DNA from: Pseudomonadota bacterium
GTDB lineage: Bacteria > Pseudomonadota > Gammaproteobacteria > Burkholderiales > Gallionellaceae
Assembly: GCA_049320585.1 (NCBI GenBank)
Contig: JBMOQB010000005.1
Span: forward strand, 80,295 to 144,294
Direction of reading: 5' to 3'
Length of the DNA: 64,000 nt
The position numbers and the translations under genes were made by a program. Shown here one piece after another: positions 23,196-36,236 of the stretch. Below the pieces are notes generated by a model. That model was not told where the DNA came from, made no database searches, and saw only the letters and a program-made list of their open reading frames with translations. How positions within the stretch are numbered: position 1 is the first letter of the stretch; every line of letters begins with the position of its first letter.

Positions 23196-24782
23196 ATGCG
23201 TGCGGATAATGCAAAACCAATAAAGAGGGCGCTGCTTCTGGTTTCGCTATTATTGACTGCGTGTGGAGGTGGCGCTAAAACAACTTGCACCTCCGCCCCT
23301 GCCCCTGCCCCTGCTCCTGTACCCGTTGTCACATCATCGGGTACAGATTTCTTCCTGACGCTGCCCAACCATCTTTGTGCCAGCTCTCCTTCTTCATGCA
23401 ATATCCAGAATACCTCTGTTTCTAACAAGCTAATCGTGACTGCAGCTACAGCTACCACAGGTGAAGCAACATTTTACGGCGTGGTTACTCCATTTTCCGT
23501 ACCAGCTGGCGGAGAAGTTGTGATTACGCTTAACCCGGTTTTTGATTCCATAATGAATAAATGGGTTGATGCAGTTCTCACAAATAATGAGGTGGTCGAA
23601 GCTAAGGGGATACATGTTACGGCATTATCGCCGGTATCCGTTCATGTGGTTTCTGAAACACCCTATACTGCCGATGGTTACCTGGCTCTGCCAACTGCAG
23701 GTCTCGGAACCAGTTATTACGTGATGTCATATGCCAGCACCGGCCAAATCGGATCGGAATTCGCTGTGGTGGCCACTCAGGACAATACATCCGTCACCAT
23801 CACCCCCAAGGCAGCGGGCTCGACTAATCCGGCCAACGTACCGTTTACGGTCGTACTTAACATCGGGCAAACCTATCAATTTGAAAATCCGGCATACGAT
23901 GACGTTACGGGAACACTCGTGACCGCTGATAAGCCTATTGCGGTGTTCAGTGGCCACCGATTTGCCAATTTGCCGTCCAGCTTTGGTTACGGTGACTATC
24001 TCGTCGAGCAACTCCCGGATGTGTCGATCTGGGGCAAGACTCACCACACGTCGCTGTTTAATGGCCGTTCAAGCTACACGGTGCGCGTCTTGGCGTCCCA
24101 GAACAATACCACCTTCACTTCCACAATACCGGCAGGCAATGCAGCCGCGATCGGAACCTTGAATGCCGGAGAGTTTAGGGATGTTGTTATGAGTGGTGTC
24201 GGCGAATTCATTTCCGATAAGCCGGTGCTTGTGGCTCAGTTCATGCACGGTTTTGCGGAGGATAATACCAAAGGTGATCCTAGCATGGTCATTGTTACCC
24301 CGGCGGAGCAAGGCATGATCGATTCCACTTTCGGGGTTCACGGTCTTGCAGGAACGACAGGGGCATTTATGAACGTGGTAACTAAAACAGCGGAACTTGC
24401 AAACCTGAAACTGGACAATGTAGCTGTAGACCTTGCACTTACACCATTCACAAAGGTTGGCGGAACAATCGACTATTCGACGGGCATGATACCGGTCACG
24501 CCCGGAGCGCACACCCTGCAAGGATCCGGTCCTTATAGCGCATTAGTCTATGACTATGGCATTGGGGGTAATGCGGTTTCCTATGCTTACCCTGTTGGGG
24601 CAAATCTCTCTGCGCCTGTAACCCAGACTGCTACACCTGCCAACTCATCTCCGGCGGTGTGCGTGAATAGTCAGGTCGCTGTGAGCAATCTATCAGACGA
24701 TGATTCTGAACATGAAGAGCACGCCAGCATCGATCACCATGAAAATCATGAGCATGACGATGCTCATGATTTAGACGCGTAG
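23196..24782 (+). CDS. Lipoprotein with an IgGFc-binding-like (PF17517-type) beta-helix domain and an acidic His-rich C-terminal tail
   Basis: GAGGAG lies 8 nt upstream of the ATG. Lipobox LLLTAC is followed by a GGG plus (AP)n linker. Motifs GTDFFLTLPNH and DKPIAVFSGHRFANLP...GDYLVEQLPDVSIWGK resemble the IgGFc_binding N-terminal domain; this is from memory, with no search run. The tail is DDDSEHEEHASIDHHENHEHDDAHDLDA. Confidence 0.55.
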   Translation: MRADNAKPIKRALLLVSLLLTACGGGAKTTCTSAPAPAPAPVPVVTSSGTDFFLTLPNHLCASSPSSCNIQNTSVSNKLIVTAATATTGEATFYGVVTPFSVPAGGEVVITLNPVFDSIMNKWVDAVLTNNEVVEAKGIHVTALSPVSVHVVSETPYTADGYLALPTAGLGTSYYVMSYASTGQIGSEFAVVATQDNTSVTITPKAAGSTNPANVPFTVVLNIGQTYQFENPAYDDVTGTLVTADKPIAVFSGHRFANLPSSFGYGDYLVEQLPDVSIWGKTHHTSLFNGRSSYTVRVLASQNNTTFTSTIPAGNAAAIGTLNAGEFRDVVMSGVGEFISDKPVLVAQFMHGFAEDNTKGDPSMVIVTPAEQGMIDSTFGVHGLAGTTGAFMNVVTKTAELANLKLDNVAVDLALTPFTKVGGTIDYSTGMIPVTPGAHTLQGSGPYSALVYDYGIGGNAVSYAYPVGANLSAPVTQTATPANSSPAVCVNSQVAVSNLSDDDSEHEEHASIDHHENHEHDDAHDLDA

Positions 24783-24793
24783 TTGACAATTTC

Positions 24794-26272
24794 ATGTATA
24801 TTATCTTGATGAAACTGATAAACCTAGCAATCACTTCGATCTGGATATTATTCGGTTTGCTGACGGTTACATGTGGGGCGGCATATGCACAGGAAACCGG
24901 GCAAAAAGCGCGTCAGCGCTCCGGACTCTTGCCAGTGGGTCAGAAGGAGATTGATTCCTATGAGAAACTACTCCGCGAAGCCGATGCCTTGATCAGAAGC
25001 GGAAAGCCCGTAGATGCCTATGCTTTATTGGAACCGCTGGAATTCGAACATGCCGGCGAAGTGCGTTTTGACCATATGATTGGTATCGCAGCTCTGGATA
25101 GCGGCAAGCCGGACAAGGCAACGCTGGCCTTTGAGCGAATTTTGGCCGTCGATCCTGATTTTCCCGCTGCGCGGTTTGATATGGGAAAATCCTATTATCA
25201 AATGGGCGATTTGTCACGTGCCAAGATCGAGTTTGTAATTGCCTTGAAACAAAACCCTTCTGAAAAAGCGCGTGCCAGCATCGATAAATATCTGAATGAT
25301 ATTGCTTCCCGGGAAGCCGGTGCTAATACAGTCATTACCGGATTTGCAGCAGGAACAGTTGGGCATGATAGCAACGTCAATAGCTCCACCAGTCAGTCGC
25401 AAATCTTTGTTGATTTACCAGCGACTATTATCACGCTTGATCCAACCAACGTAAAAGTATCAGACAATTACTATGGGGTGGCCGCAGGTGCAGAAATCAC
25501 TCACATGCAGAATGCAAATTTAGGTTTCTCTGCAGGAGCAGATCTGATAGAGCGCGGCAATATCACACAAAAGAGTTTTAACACACTCGGCCTGGATGCT
25601 CGAGCTGGAATGATAGTTGGTGCAAAAACCAATCGAATTCGCTTAGAGATGTTGGCCGGGAGGCGCACATTGGGCGGCTTGAAAAATTACGATACCACTG
25701 GCTTAAAAGCGGATTGGCGCCGTATGTTCAGTCCGAGCAATCAATTGAATGTGTTTGCCCAATATGTGCAATATCGCTATGCCGATCCGTATATGAAGCC
25801 GAATGATATTGACCAGCAGGCTGTAGGACTAGGCTGGCTACATGTGTTGGCTGACAGCAGGTCCTCACTGTCCGGCAGCATACATTACGGCACCGAGAAT
25901 GATGTTTCGCCAATCATCAATGTCAATGTACCCGTATTCGGAACTATTATTGTTAATCCAGGCGGCGGGCGTAACGATGGCGCCAAACGTTTCAGCGGGA
26001 TTCGTGCCGGCGGCTTAGTGTTCATCAACAAGACAACGGCACTGTTTTCCAGCGTAGGAATACAGGTGGGCGATTATGACAAAGTCAATTACTACTTTCT
26101 GCGCCAACGTCACGATCGTTTCTATGACCTGAAGTTCGGAGCTGATTGGCGTTGGGAAAAACTGTGGGCGCTGCGCCCTCAGTTAAGCTTTTTCAGGAAC
26201 GTTTCAAATATTCCTGTCTACGCCTATGACCGAATGGATTTTTCACTGACTGTTCGCCGGGATTTTCGGTAA
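24794..26272 (+). CDS. TPR-repeat plus C-terminal beta-barrel outer-membrane protein, Slam/DUF560 (type XI secretion)-like architecture
   Basis: 492 aa. The signal peptide ends AYA-QE, followed by ~150 aa of TPR-like repeats (FERILAVDPDFPAARFDMGKSYYQMGDLSRAKIEF). About 300 aa of alternating amphipathic strands then begin at GHDSNVNSS. Size and order match Slam proteins. It starts 12 nt after the lipoprotein gene. Confidence 0.5.
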   Translation: MYIILMKLINLAITSIWILFGLLTVTCGAAYAQETGQKARQRSGLLPVGQKEIDSYEKLLREADALIRSGKPVDAYALLEPLEFEHAGEVRFDHMIGIAALDSGKPDKATLAFERILAVDPDFPAARFDMGKSYYQMGDLSRAKIEFVIALKQNPSEKARASIDKYLNDIASREAGANTVITGFAAGTVGHDSNVNSSTSQSQIFVDLPATIITLDPTNVKVSDNYYGVAAGAEITHMQNANLGFSAGADLIERGNITQKSFNTLGLDARAGMIVGAKTNRIRLEMLAGRRTLGGLKNYDTTGLKADWRRMFSPSNQLNVFAQYVQYRYADPYMKPNDIDQQAVGLGWLHVLADSRSSLSGSIHYGTENDVSPIINVNVPVFGTIIVNPGGGRNDGAKRFSGIRAGGLVFINKTTALFSSVGIQVGDYDKVNYYFLRQRHDRFYDLKFGADWRWEKLWALRPQLSFFRNVSNIPVYAYDRMDFSLTVRRDFR

Positions 26273-26295
26273 TTCAACTGAGTGGAGGTGCGATC

Positions 26296-27120
26296 ATGAA
26301 CACCACAAAACTTTTCACCGCTTATATTAATATTATTTTAGCAGCTTGCCTGACATTGTTGTTCCAGGCCGCTTACGCAGGTGTTGCCGGGCATGTCCAG
26401 TTTGTGAATGGACAGGTCCAGATCACCAGCACGTCAGGGCAGGTCCGTTCACTGAAGAAAGCGGATGCAGTGAACGAGAGCGATACCCTGACCACGGCGA
26501 AGGATGGTTCCGCGCAAATCAAGATGCTGGACGGAGGTCTTGTTGCAGTAAGGCCGGATTCCAAACTTAAATTCGACAGCTTCGTGTTTTCCGGTGAAGC
26601 GGACGGCAATGAGAGGAGCTTCTTCTCTTTGTTAAGAGGCGGATTTCGTGCGATCACCGGCGTGGTCGGACATAAGAACAAGGCAAATTATCGTATTACC
26701 ACAGCCGGAGCGACGATTGGTGTTCGCGGCACCGATCATGAAACTTTCGTGGTTGTGCCGGGTAGCGAGATGGCGGCAATTGCGCCTGTTGGTACTTATA
26801 ACAAGGTGAATGTCGGCGAGACCGTGATGACGACTGGTAAAGGCACTATTAACATTCTGCCCAACCAGATGGGTTTTACCTCTGCTGCCGACCAATTGCC
26901 GCAGTTGCAACCTATCAATCTCAACATATTTGCCCCTGTGTCGTCTCCAGCACTTCAAGGCAACGGAGGAAAAACAACAGGAGCGGTAAGTCAAAGTGCG
27001 GTCGTCGATAGCATAATTCAGGAGCAGAATGCAGCAACCGGGAATGCTGTGCCGAACAATACCATTTTGCGTCCGATCATAGACGATCACGGTGGTGCTG
27101 CACCACCGAGCGTTTACTAA
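26296..27120 (+). CDS. Secreted FecR-domain protein
   Basis: The signal peptide ends AYA-GV. A FecR-like segment follows (GQVQITSTSGQVRSLKKADAVNESDTLTTAKDGSAQIKMLDGGLVAVRPDSKLKFD ... TIGVRGTDH). The C-terminal third is low complexity. Confidence 0.6.
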   Translation: MNTTKLFTAYINIILAACLTLLFQAAYAGVAGHVQFVNGQVQITSTSGQVRSLKKADAVNESDTLTTAKDGSAQIKMLDGGLVAVRPDSKLKFDSFVFSGEADGNERSFFSLLRGGFRAITGVVGHKNKANYRITTAGATIGVRGTDHETFVVVPGSEMAAIAPVGTYNKVNVGETVMTTGKGTINILPNQMGFTSAADQLPQLQPINLNIFAPVSSPALQGNGGKTTGAVSQSAVVDSIIQEQNAATGNAVPNNTILRPIIDDHGGAAPPSVY

Positions 27121-27179
27121 AGCAATTCAATTTAATTTCTGACAACCTTTTATGCTGAAGTGGTTGGTTGCCGATTCTT

Positions 27180-28583
<1,404 letters not shown>

Positions 28584-28592
28584 TTACGCGAA

Positions 28593-29678
28593 TCAGGCTA
28601 GCCCTTGTTCTATGATTGCGCCGCCCAGGCATATTTCGCCATCGTAGACCACCACCGACTGTCCGGGCGTGACCGCCCATTGCGTCTCGTCAAACGCGAT
28701 CTCGCAATGACTATCGGCGAGTTGGGTGAGATGGCAGGGCGCATCGGCCTGGCGATAGCGTGTCTTGGCAGCGTAAGGATGACTTAGCTGCGGGGCGTTG
28801 CCGCTGATCCAGTGACTGTCCAGCGCGGTCAGGCGCGGTGTGCGCAATGCAGGATGGTCATGCCCCTGCACCACGATCAAACGGTTGTTCGCCATATCCT
28901 TGCCTGCCACGAACCACGGCTCGCCGGACGCCTCTTTCGCCCCTCCTATGCCCAGCCCTTGTCGTTGTCCCAAGGTATAGAACGACAGCCCGATATGCCG
29001 GCCGACCACATTACCTTCCGGCGTACGCATTTCTCCCGGTTGGGTGGGCAGATAGCGATTCAGGAATTCGCGGAATGGACGCTCGCCGATGAAGCAGATG
29101 CCGGTGCTGTCGCGCTTGGCATGGTTCGGCAAACTATGCTGCTCGGCAATTGAGCGCACCTGTTTTTTTAGCAGTTTGCCGAGCGGGAACGTCGCGTGAC
29201 TCAGTTGTGCCTGATTCAGGCGATGCAGAAAATAGCTTTGGTCCTTGCTGTCGTCGCTGGCTTTTAACAACTGGTACAGCCCATCAGCTTCGCGTATTTG
29301 CGCGTAATGTCCGGTGGCAATGGTATCCGCGCCGAGCCGTATCGCGTGGTCGAGAAACGCCTTGAACTTGATTTCCGAATTGCACAGGATGTCCGGATTG
29401 GGCGTGCGGCCGGCCTGGTATTCGCTCAGAAAATAGCTGAATACCCGCTCCTTGTATTCCCTGGCGAAATTGACCGCTTCAATCGGGATACCGATGGTGT
29501 CAGCCACCGAAACCGCGTCCAGCAGGTCCTGGCGTGACGAGCAGTACTCATCGTTGTCATCGTCTTCCCAGTTTTTCATGAACAGGCCGATTACGTCATA
29601 GCCTTGCTGCTTGAGCAGCAAGGCGGTGACGGAAGAATCCACCCCGCCGGACATGCCGACTACGACCGTCTTACTCAT
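28593..29678 (-). CDS. mnmA: tRNA 2-thiouridine(34) synthase
   Basis: Contains the PP-loop [13 protein letters not shown]. Size and synteny with purB and the nudix gene match E. coli. Confidence 0.95.
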   Translation of the reverse strand: MSKTVVVGMSGGVDSSVTALLLKQQGYDVIGLFMKNWEDDDNDEYCSSRQDLLDAVSVADTIGIPIEAVNFAREYKERVFSYFLSEYQAGRTPNPDILCNSEIKFKAFLDHAIRLGADTIATGHYAQIREADGLYQLLKASDDSKDQSYFLHRLNQAQLSHATFPLGKLLKKQVRSIAEQHSLPNHAKRDSTGICFIGERPFREFLNRYLPTQPGEMRTPEGNVVGRHIGLSFYTLGQRQGLGIGGAKEASGEPWFVAGKDMANNRLIVVQGHDHPALRTPRLTALDSHWISGNAPQLSHPYAAKTRYRQADAPCHLTQLADSHCEIAFDETQWAVTPGQSVVVYDGEICLGGAIIEQGLA

Positions 29679-30132
29679 AATGCACCAGTTGGTCGAGTGG
29701 ATAGCGCTTCCCCGTCAAATAATCTTCCACACAGCGCAAGATCAGCGGGCTGCGATGGCGCTTTTGCGTGGCGCGAATTTCATCGGGCGTCAGCCATATG
29801 GCTTGCAGGATGCCGGCGTCGAGCTGACGATCAGTCTCGTGGCCGGTGATCTTGCCGGTAAAGGCGAAGCGCAGATAGGTGGTGTCCGATTCCAAGGAAT
29901 GCCAGCGATAGATACCGAGCAGATGTTGCGGGACAAAATGATACGCCGACTCTTCCAGCACTTCGCGCGCCACGCCCTCCAGCAACGATTCACCGGCTTC
30001 TAGATGGCCAGCGGGCTGATTGAAGCGTAAACCTTGTGAGGTTTCTTCTTCCACAAGCAAAAATTTTCCATCGCGCTCAATGATGCCGGCGACGGTGACG
30101 TTAGGTTTCCAGATCATGCTGTGCCAGTTCAA
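29671..30132 (-). CDS. Nudix hydrolase (NudJ-like)
   Basis: Nudix box [22 protein letters not shown]. It overlaps the mnmA start by 8 nt. Confidence 0.8.
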   Translation of the reverse strand: MNWHSMIWKPNVTVAGIIERDGKFLLVEEETSQGLRFNQPAGHLEAGESLLEGVAREVLEESAYHFVPQHLLGIYRWHSLESDTTYLRFAFTGKITGHETDRQLDAGILQAIWLTPDEIRATQKRHRSPLILRCVEDYLTGKRYPLDQLVHYE

Positions 30133-30180
30133 ATTATCTGCATAGTTTAAATGGAAAATCGAGAGAAATGAAAAAGGCAG

Positions 30181-30204
30181 GGTTGTCCCTGCCTTTTCCG
30201 AATC
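30181..30204 (-). terminator. Rho-independent terminator after psiF
   Basis: GGCAGGG (30187-93) pairs with CCCTGCC (30198-204) across loop ttgt. A T5 run follows on the minus strand (30182-86). Confidence 0.75.
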
Positions 30205-30250
30205 GCCCGAAACTACTGGGTTACAACAATTATTGTGCGGACGGGATAGA

Positions 30251-30502
30251 CTAAGACTTTTTCAAGCAAGATTTCATGAATTCTTTCCGTTCGGCTTTCT
30301 TAAGGCCTTTTTCTTTTGCATCCTTATTGCAGAGCTTCATTTTTGCTTGCTGTGGATTCGACTTTTTCTGTGCAGCAGAGGCAGACTTGGTAGCCGGTGT
30401 GCCTGCCGGCTTGGCAGGAGCCGCAGCCTCTTCAGCAGCAACAGCGGAGTAAGTGACAACAGTGAATACAGCTGCGATCAGTGCAGATAACAGTTTGCTC
30501 AT
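30251..30502 (-). CDS. psiF: PsiF-family phosphate-starvation-inducible protein
   Basis: Signal peptide, then the PsiF repeat signature QAKMKLCNKDAKEKGLKKAERKEFMKSCLKK. The start at 30502 has GGAG 7 nt upstream. Confidence 0.7.
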   Translation of the reverse strand: MSKLLSALIAAVFTVVTYSAVAAEEAAAPAKPAGTPATKSASAAQKKSNPQQAKMKLCNKDAKEKGLKKAERKEFMKSCLKKS

Positions 30503-30611
30503 ATTGGACTCCATTATTTAGTAAGCAGATTAATAAATGGTATATAGGACACTCAACGTGTCGATGCCCATAACGCTTGGCGTATTTGTTCGGTTGACAC
30601 TGCTGAATAAT

Positions 30612-30698
30612 TGGTGCCGGGGGGGGGACTCGAACCCCCACGTTCTCTCGAACACCGGATTTTGAGTCCGGCACGTCTACCAGTTCCATCACCCCGGC
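30612..30698 (-). tRNA. tRNA-Leu (anticodon CAA)
   Basis: The reverse complement folds as a cloverleaf. The acceptor stem is GCCGGGG/CCCCGGC. The anticodon stem is CCGGA/TCCGG with loop CTCAAAA. There is a long variable arm, a T-arm GGGGGTTCGAGTCCCCC and an encoded CCA. Confidence 0.9.
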
Positions 30699-30776
30699 GA
30701 AGCGGGGCGCATTATCCATGAAGCACAGGCCAACATCAACTACAATTCCGCCTTTGCAACATTTCCGATCGTGCTC

Positions 30777-32899
<2,123 letters not shown>

Positions 32900-32956
32900 G
32901 TACCCGCGGCTTCGTGTTAGAATGCCCGCCTTTTGTAATTTCCTGGAGAAAAGCCA

Positions 32957-33283
32957 ATGTTTATCAGTAACGCATATGCTGAAGGCGCCGCAGCCGCGCA
33001 GGGAGGCGGCATCATGGATTTTTTGCCGTTGATCGCGCTGATTGCGGTGTTCTATTTTCTCGTATTGCGACCGCAAAGCAAGCGTGCCAAGGAGCAGAAA
33101 GCCATGATCGAGGCGCTGCAACGCGGTGATGAGGTGGTGACGGTGGGCGGCGAAGTGGGGAGTATCAGCAAGGTATTCGATCAATATGTCGGGGTGGAGA
33201 TCGCCGAGAATATTGTGGTGACGGTGCAAAAGAACGCGATTCAAAGCGTGCTGCCCAAGGGTACGATCAAGTCCATCAAATGA
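32957..33283 (+). CDS. yajC: Preprotein translocase subunit YajC
   Basis: 108 aa with a single TM segment and the motif FYFLVLRPQSKRAKEQKAM. Confidence 0.9.
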   Translation: MFISNAYAEGAAAAQGGGIMDFLPLIALIAVFYFLVLRPQSKRAKEQKAMIEALQRGDEVVTVGGEVGSISKVFDQYVGVEIAENIVVTVQKNAIQSVLPKGTIKSIK

Positions 33284-33385
33284 GATTGCCAAGGTCGGGG
33301 ACTGGGAAAGGCCAGCATTGCGAACCTGATTTCCTGGCCCGATGATCTAGGTTCCCTCATCAAGCGCATTAATCTAGAGGTCGTT

Positions 33386-35197
33386 ATGAATCAATATCCT
33401 GTGTGGAAGTATCTGCTGATTCTGGTCGTGTTGCTGGCCGGCTTGATTTACACCTTGCCGAATTTTTATGGCGAGTCACCGGCCGTGCAGGTATCTCCGT
33501 TGCGCGCCAACCTGAAAGCAGATGCCGCATTGCTGGAGCGCGTGGGAAATATCCTGAAGGCAGCCAGCCTTGCCCCGGAACTGACCGAACTGGATGGTAA
33601 TAGCGTCAAAGCGCGTTTTGCCGATACCGACATGCAGCTGAAGGCCAAGGATGTGTTGCAAAACCAACTGGGAGAAGACTATGTGGCTGCGCTCAATTTG
33701 CTGTCGCGTTCACCGCACTGGCTGAGCAGGCTCAATGCGCTGCCGATGTACCTTGGCCTGGACTTGCGCGGCGGCGTGCATTTCCTGATGCAGGTGGATA
33801 TGAATGCCGCGCTGAGCAAGGCTCTGGAAGCGGCAACCGGCGATATCCGCGGCGCGATGCGCGAGCAGAACATTCCCTATTCCGGTGTCAGCCGTGACGG
33901 GAGGGTGCTGACGGTGAAGTTCAGGGATGCCGAGGCGCGCAGCGTGGGAGAAGCCGAGATCAAGCAGCGGTTTACCGATTATGTGCTCAATGACCTCGAA
34001 GAAGCCGGTGAATACAAACTGCGCATCACCTTGAAGCCGGAAGCAGAAAAGAGGATACAGGATTCGGCCGTGCAGCAGAATCTGGTCACGCTGCGCAATC
34101 GGGTCAATGAACTGGGCGTGGCCGAACCGGTGATACAACAGCAGGGCTCGGACCGGGTGGTGGTGCAATTGCCGGGTGTCCAGGACACGGCCCGCGCCAA
34201 GGATATATTGGGCCGTACCGCCACGCTTGAAGTGCGTCTGGTGGACGATACGAGTCAGGCCATTCCGGGCGTGGCGCCGCCGTTTGGCACCGAGACGTTC
34301 AAAGACCGCGCAGGAGAAATGCTGCTGGTAAAGAAACAAGTGATACTGACCGGCGAACGCATCAACGATGCGCAGCCCGGATTCGACAATCGCACCAGTG
34401 AAGCTGCGGTACACATCAATCTGGACGGCGTAGGGGCACGGTTGTTCAAGGAGGCAACACGCGAAAACGTCGGCAAGCGCATGGCTATCATCCTGTTTGA
34501 AAAGGGCAGGGGCGAGATCGTCACCGCACCGGTGATACGCGAGGAAATCGGCGGTGGACGCGTGCAGATCACCGGCCAGATGGACACGGTAGAAGCGCAA
34601 AACATCGCATTGCTGCTGCGAGCCGGCGCGCTGGCGGCACCCATGGAGATCATCGAGGAGCGCACTGTCGGCCCCAGCCTGGGTGCTGACAATATTACCC
34701 GCGGTTTCAATTCCACCAAGATCGGTTTCATCATGGTTGCCTTGTTCATGATCGTGTACTACCTGCTGTTCGGCACGATCTCTGTACTGGCACTCGGTGC
34801 GAATTTGCTGCTGTTGGTGGCATTGTTGTCCATGCTTCAGGCGACGCTGACATTGCCGGGTATGGCCGGTATCGCGCTGACGCTTGGCATGGCGATCGAT
34901 GCAAACGTGCTGATCAACGAGCGTATCCGCGAGGAGCTGCGCAACGGCGTCACGCCGCAGGCTGCGATCAATGCCGGATATGACCGGGCATTCGGCACGA
35001 TCATCGATTCCAACGTGACTACCCTGATTGCCGGGATCGCGCTGTTCATGTTCGGTTCGGGTCCGATCAAGGGATTCGCGGTGGTGTTGTGTCTGGGTAT
35101 CCTGACCTCGATGTTCAGTGCGGTGATGGTATCGCGGGCGATGGTCAATATAATTTACGGTCGCAAGGCGCGACTCGCTAAAGTAGCGATAGGCTGA
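33386..35197 (+). CDS. secD: Protein translocase subunit SecD
   Basis: 603 aa with motifs LGLDLRGGVHF and GMAIDANVLINERIREE. Confidence 0.95.
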   Translation: MNQYPVWKYLLILVVLLAGLIYTLPNFYGESPAVQVSPLRANLKADAALLERVGNILKAASLAPELTELDGNSVKARFADTDMQLKAKDVLQNQLGEDYVAALNLLSRSPHWLSRLNALPMYLGLDLRGGVHFLMQVDMNAALSKALEAATGDIRGAMREQNIPYSGVSRDGRVLTVKFRDAEARSVGEAEIKQRFTDYVLNDLEEAGEYKLRITLKPEAEKRIQDSAVQQNLVTLRNRVNELGVAEPVIQQQGSDRVVVQLPGVQDTARAKDILGRTATLEVRLVDDTSQAIPGVAPPFGTETFKDRAGEMLLVKKQVILTGERINDAQPGFDNRTSEAAVHINLDGVGARLFKEATRENVGKRMAIILFEKGRGEIVTAPVIREEIGGGRVQITGQMDTVEAQNIALLLRAGALAAPMEIIEERTVGPSLGADNITRGFNSTKIGFIMVALFMIVYYLLFGTISVLALGANLLLLVALLSMLQATLTLPGMAGIALTLGMAIDANVLINERIREELRNGVTPQAAINAGYDRAFGTIIDSNVTTLIAGIALFMFGSGPIKGFAVVLCLGILTSMFSAVMVSRAMVNIIYGRKARLAKVAIG

Positions 35198-35204
35198 TAA
35201 AAAC

Positions 35205-36236
35205 ATGGAATTCTTCAAGATCAAAAATGACATCCCGTTCATGAGTTACGGGCGTTATACAACTGCCATTTCACTGGTGACATTCCTGTTTGCAGTATTT
35301 TTTCTCGCCACAAAAGGTTTGAATTTTGGCGTGGATTTTACCGGGGGAACAGTACTGGAAGTGCATTACGGGCAGTCTGCCGATCTGCCCAAAGTGCGCG
35401 ATCAGCTTGCCACGATGGGTTTGCCGGATGCGCAGGTGCAGAATTTCGGCTCCAGTCACGATGTGCTGATCCAGGTGCCGCTCCGACACGGTGGGACGGA
35501 GTCCTCTGGTGCGGGAGGAGCGGCGGGGCAGTTGCTCCCGCAAGCGGCTGACTCCGCCAATAACGTGCCGCAACTGCCGCTCAAACAGAATCTTGCCGGC
35601 GCCAAGTTGAGCGAGCAGGTACTGGAAACCCTGCGCAAGCAGGATGCCAGTGTGGAAATGCGCCGGGTCGAATTCGTCGGGCCCCAAGTCGGCAAGGATC
35701 TGGTAGCGAACGGCGCGCTGGCCCTGCTGTTGGTATCGATGGGAATCGTCGGCTATTTGTGGCTGCGCTTCGAGTGGAAATTCGGGCTTTCCGCCATCAT
35801 TGCCAACCTGCACGACGTGGTGATCATCCTGGGCTTCTTCGCTTTTTTCCAGTGGGAATTCTCGCTGTCGGTACTGGCGGCGGTGCTGGCGGTACTGGGC
35901 TATTCGGTGAACGAATCGGTGGTGGTGTTTGACCGTATCCGCGAGAACTTCCGCAAGATGCGCAAGGCGGGGGTGGCCGAGATCATCGATAACGCCATTA
36001 CGCGCACCATGTCGCGCACCATCATCACCCACGGATCGACACAGATCATGGTCGGCGCTATGCTGTTCCTCGGCGGTGAGACGCTGCACTATTTCGCGAT
36101 GGCTCTTACCATCGGAATCCTGTTCAGTATCTACTCCTCGGTGCTGGTCGCCAGCCCTCTGTTGATGTTGCTCGGCGTGTCGCGTGCCGATTTTATCAAA
36201 CCGGAAAAGACCGAAGCCGAAGAAGTGCTGCCTTAA
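35205..36236 (+). CDS. secF: Protein translocase subunit SecF
   Basis: 343 aa with motifs GVDFTGGT and GYSVNESVVVFDRIREN. Confidence 0.95.
   Translation: MEFFKIKNDIPFMSYGRYTTAISLVTFLFAVFFLATKGLNFGVDFTGGTVLEVHYGQSADLPKVRDQLATMGLPDAQVQNFGSSHDVLIQVPLRHGGTESSGAGGAAGQLLPQAADSANNVPQLPLKQNLAGAKLSEQVLETLRKQDASVEMRRVEFVGPQVGKDLVANGALALLLVSMGIVGYLWLRFEWKFGLSAIIANLHDVVIILGFFAFFQWEFSLSVLAAVLAVLGYSVNESVVVFDRIRENFRKMRKAGVAEIIDNAITRTMSRTIITHGSTQIMVGAMLFLGGETLHYFAMALTIGILFSIYSSVLVASPLLMLLGVSRADFIKPEKTEAEEVLP

Noticed and set aside
30503-30611. Looked for a Pho box upstream of psiF.
   Set aside because: I found no pair of CTGTCAT-like heptamers with 11-nt phasing on the coding strand. psiF regulation cannot be inferred from this sequence.
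33710-35242. 510-aa ORF antisense to secD. Similar long antisense ORFs occur at 53654..55015 (opposite the PhoX-like gene), 61997..63217 (opposite dxs), 32132..33292 (opposite tgt/yajC), 8177..9061, 16809..17765, 35271..36254, 58878..59915 and 63138..63977.
   Set aside because: Each is fully overlapped by a gene with clear family motifs on the other strand. Their translations are Arg/His/Gln/Ala-rich with no recognisable motifs. This is typical of stop-poor antisense frames in GC-rich coding DNA.
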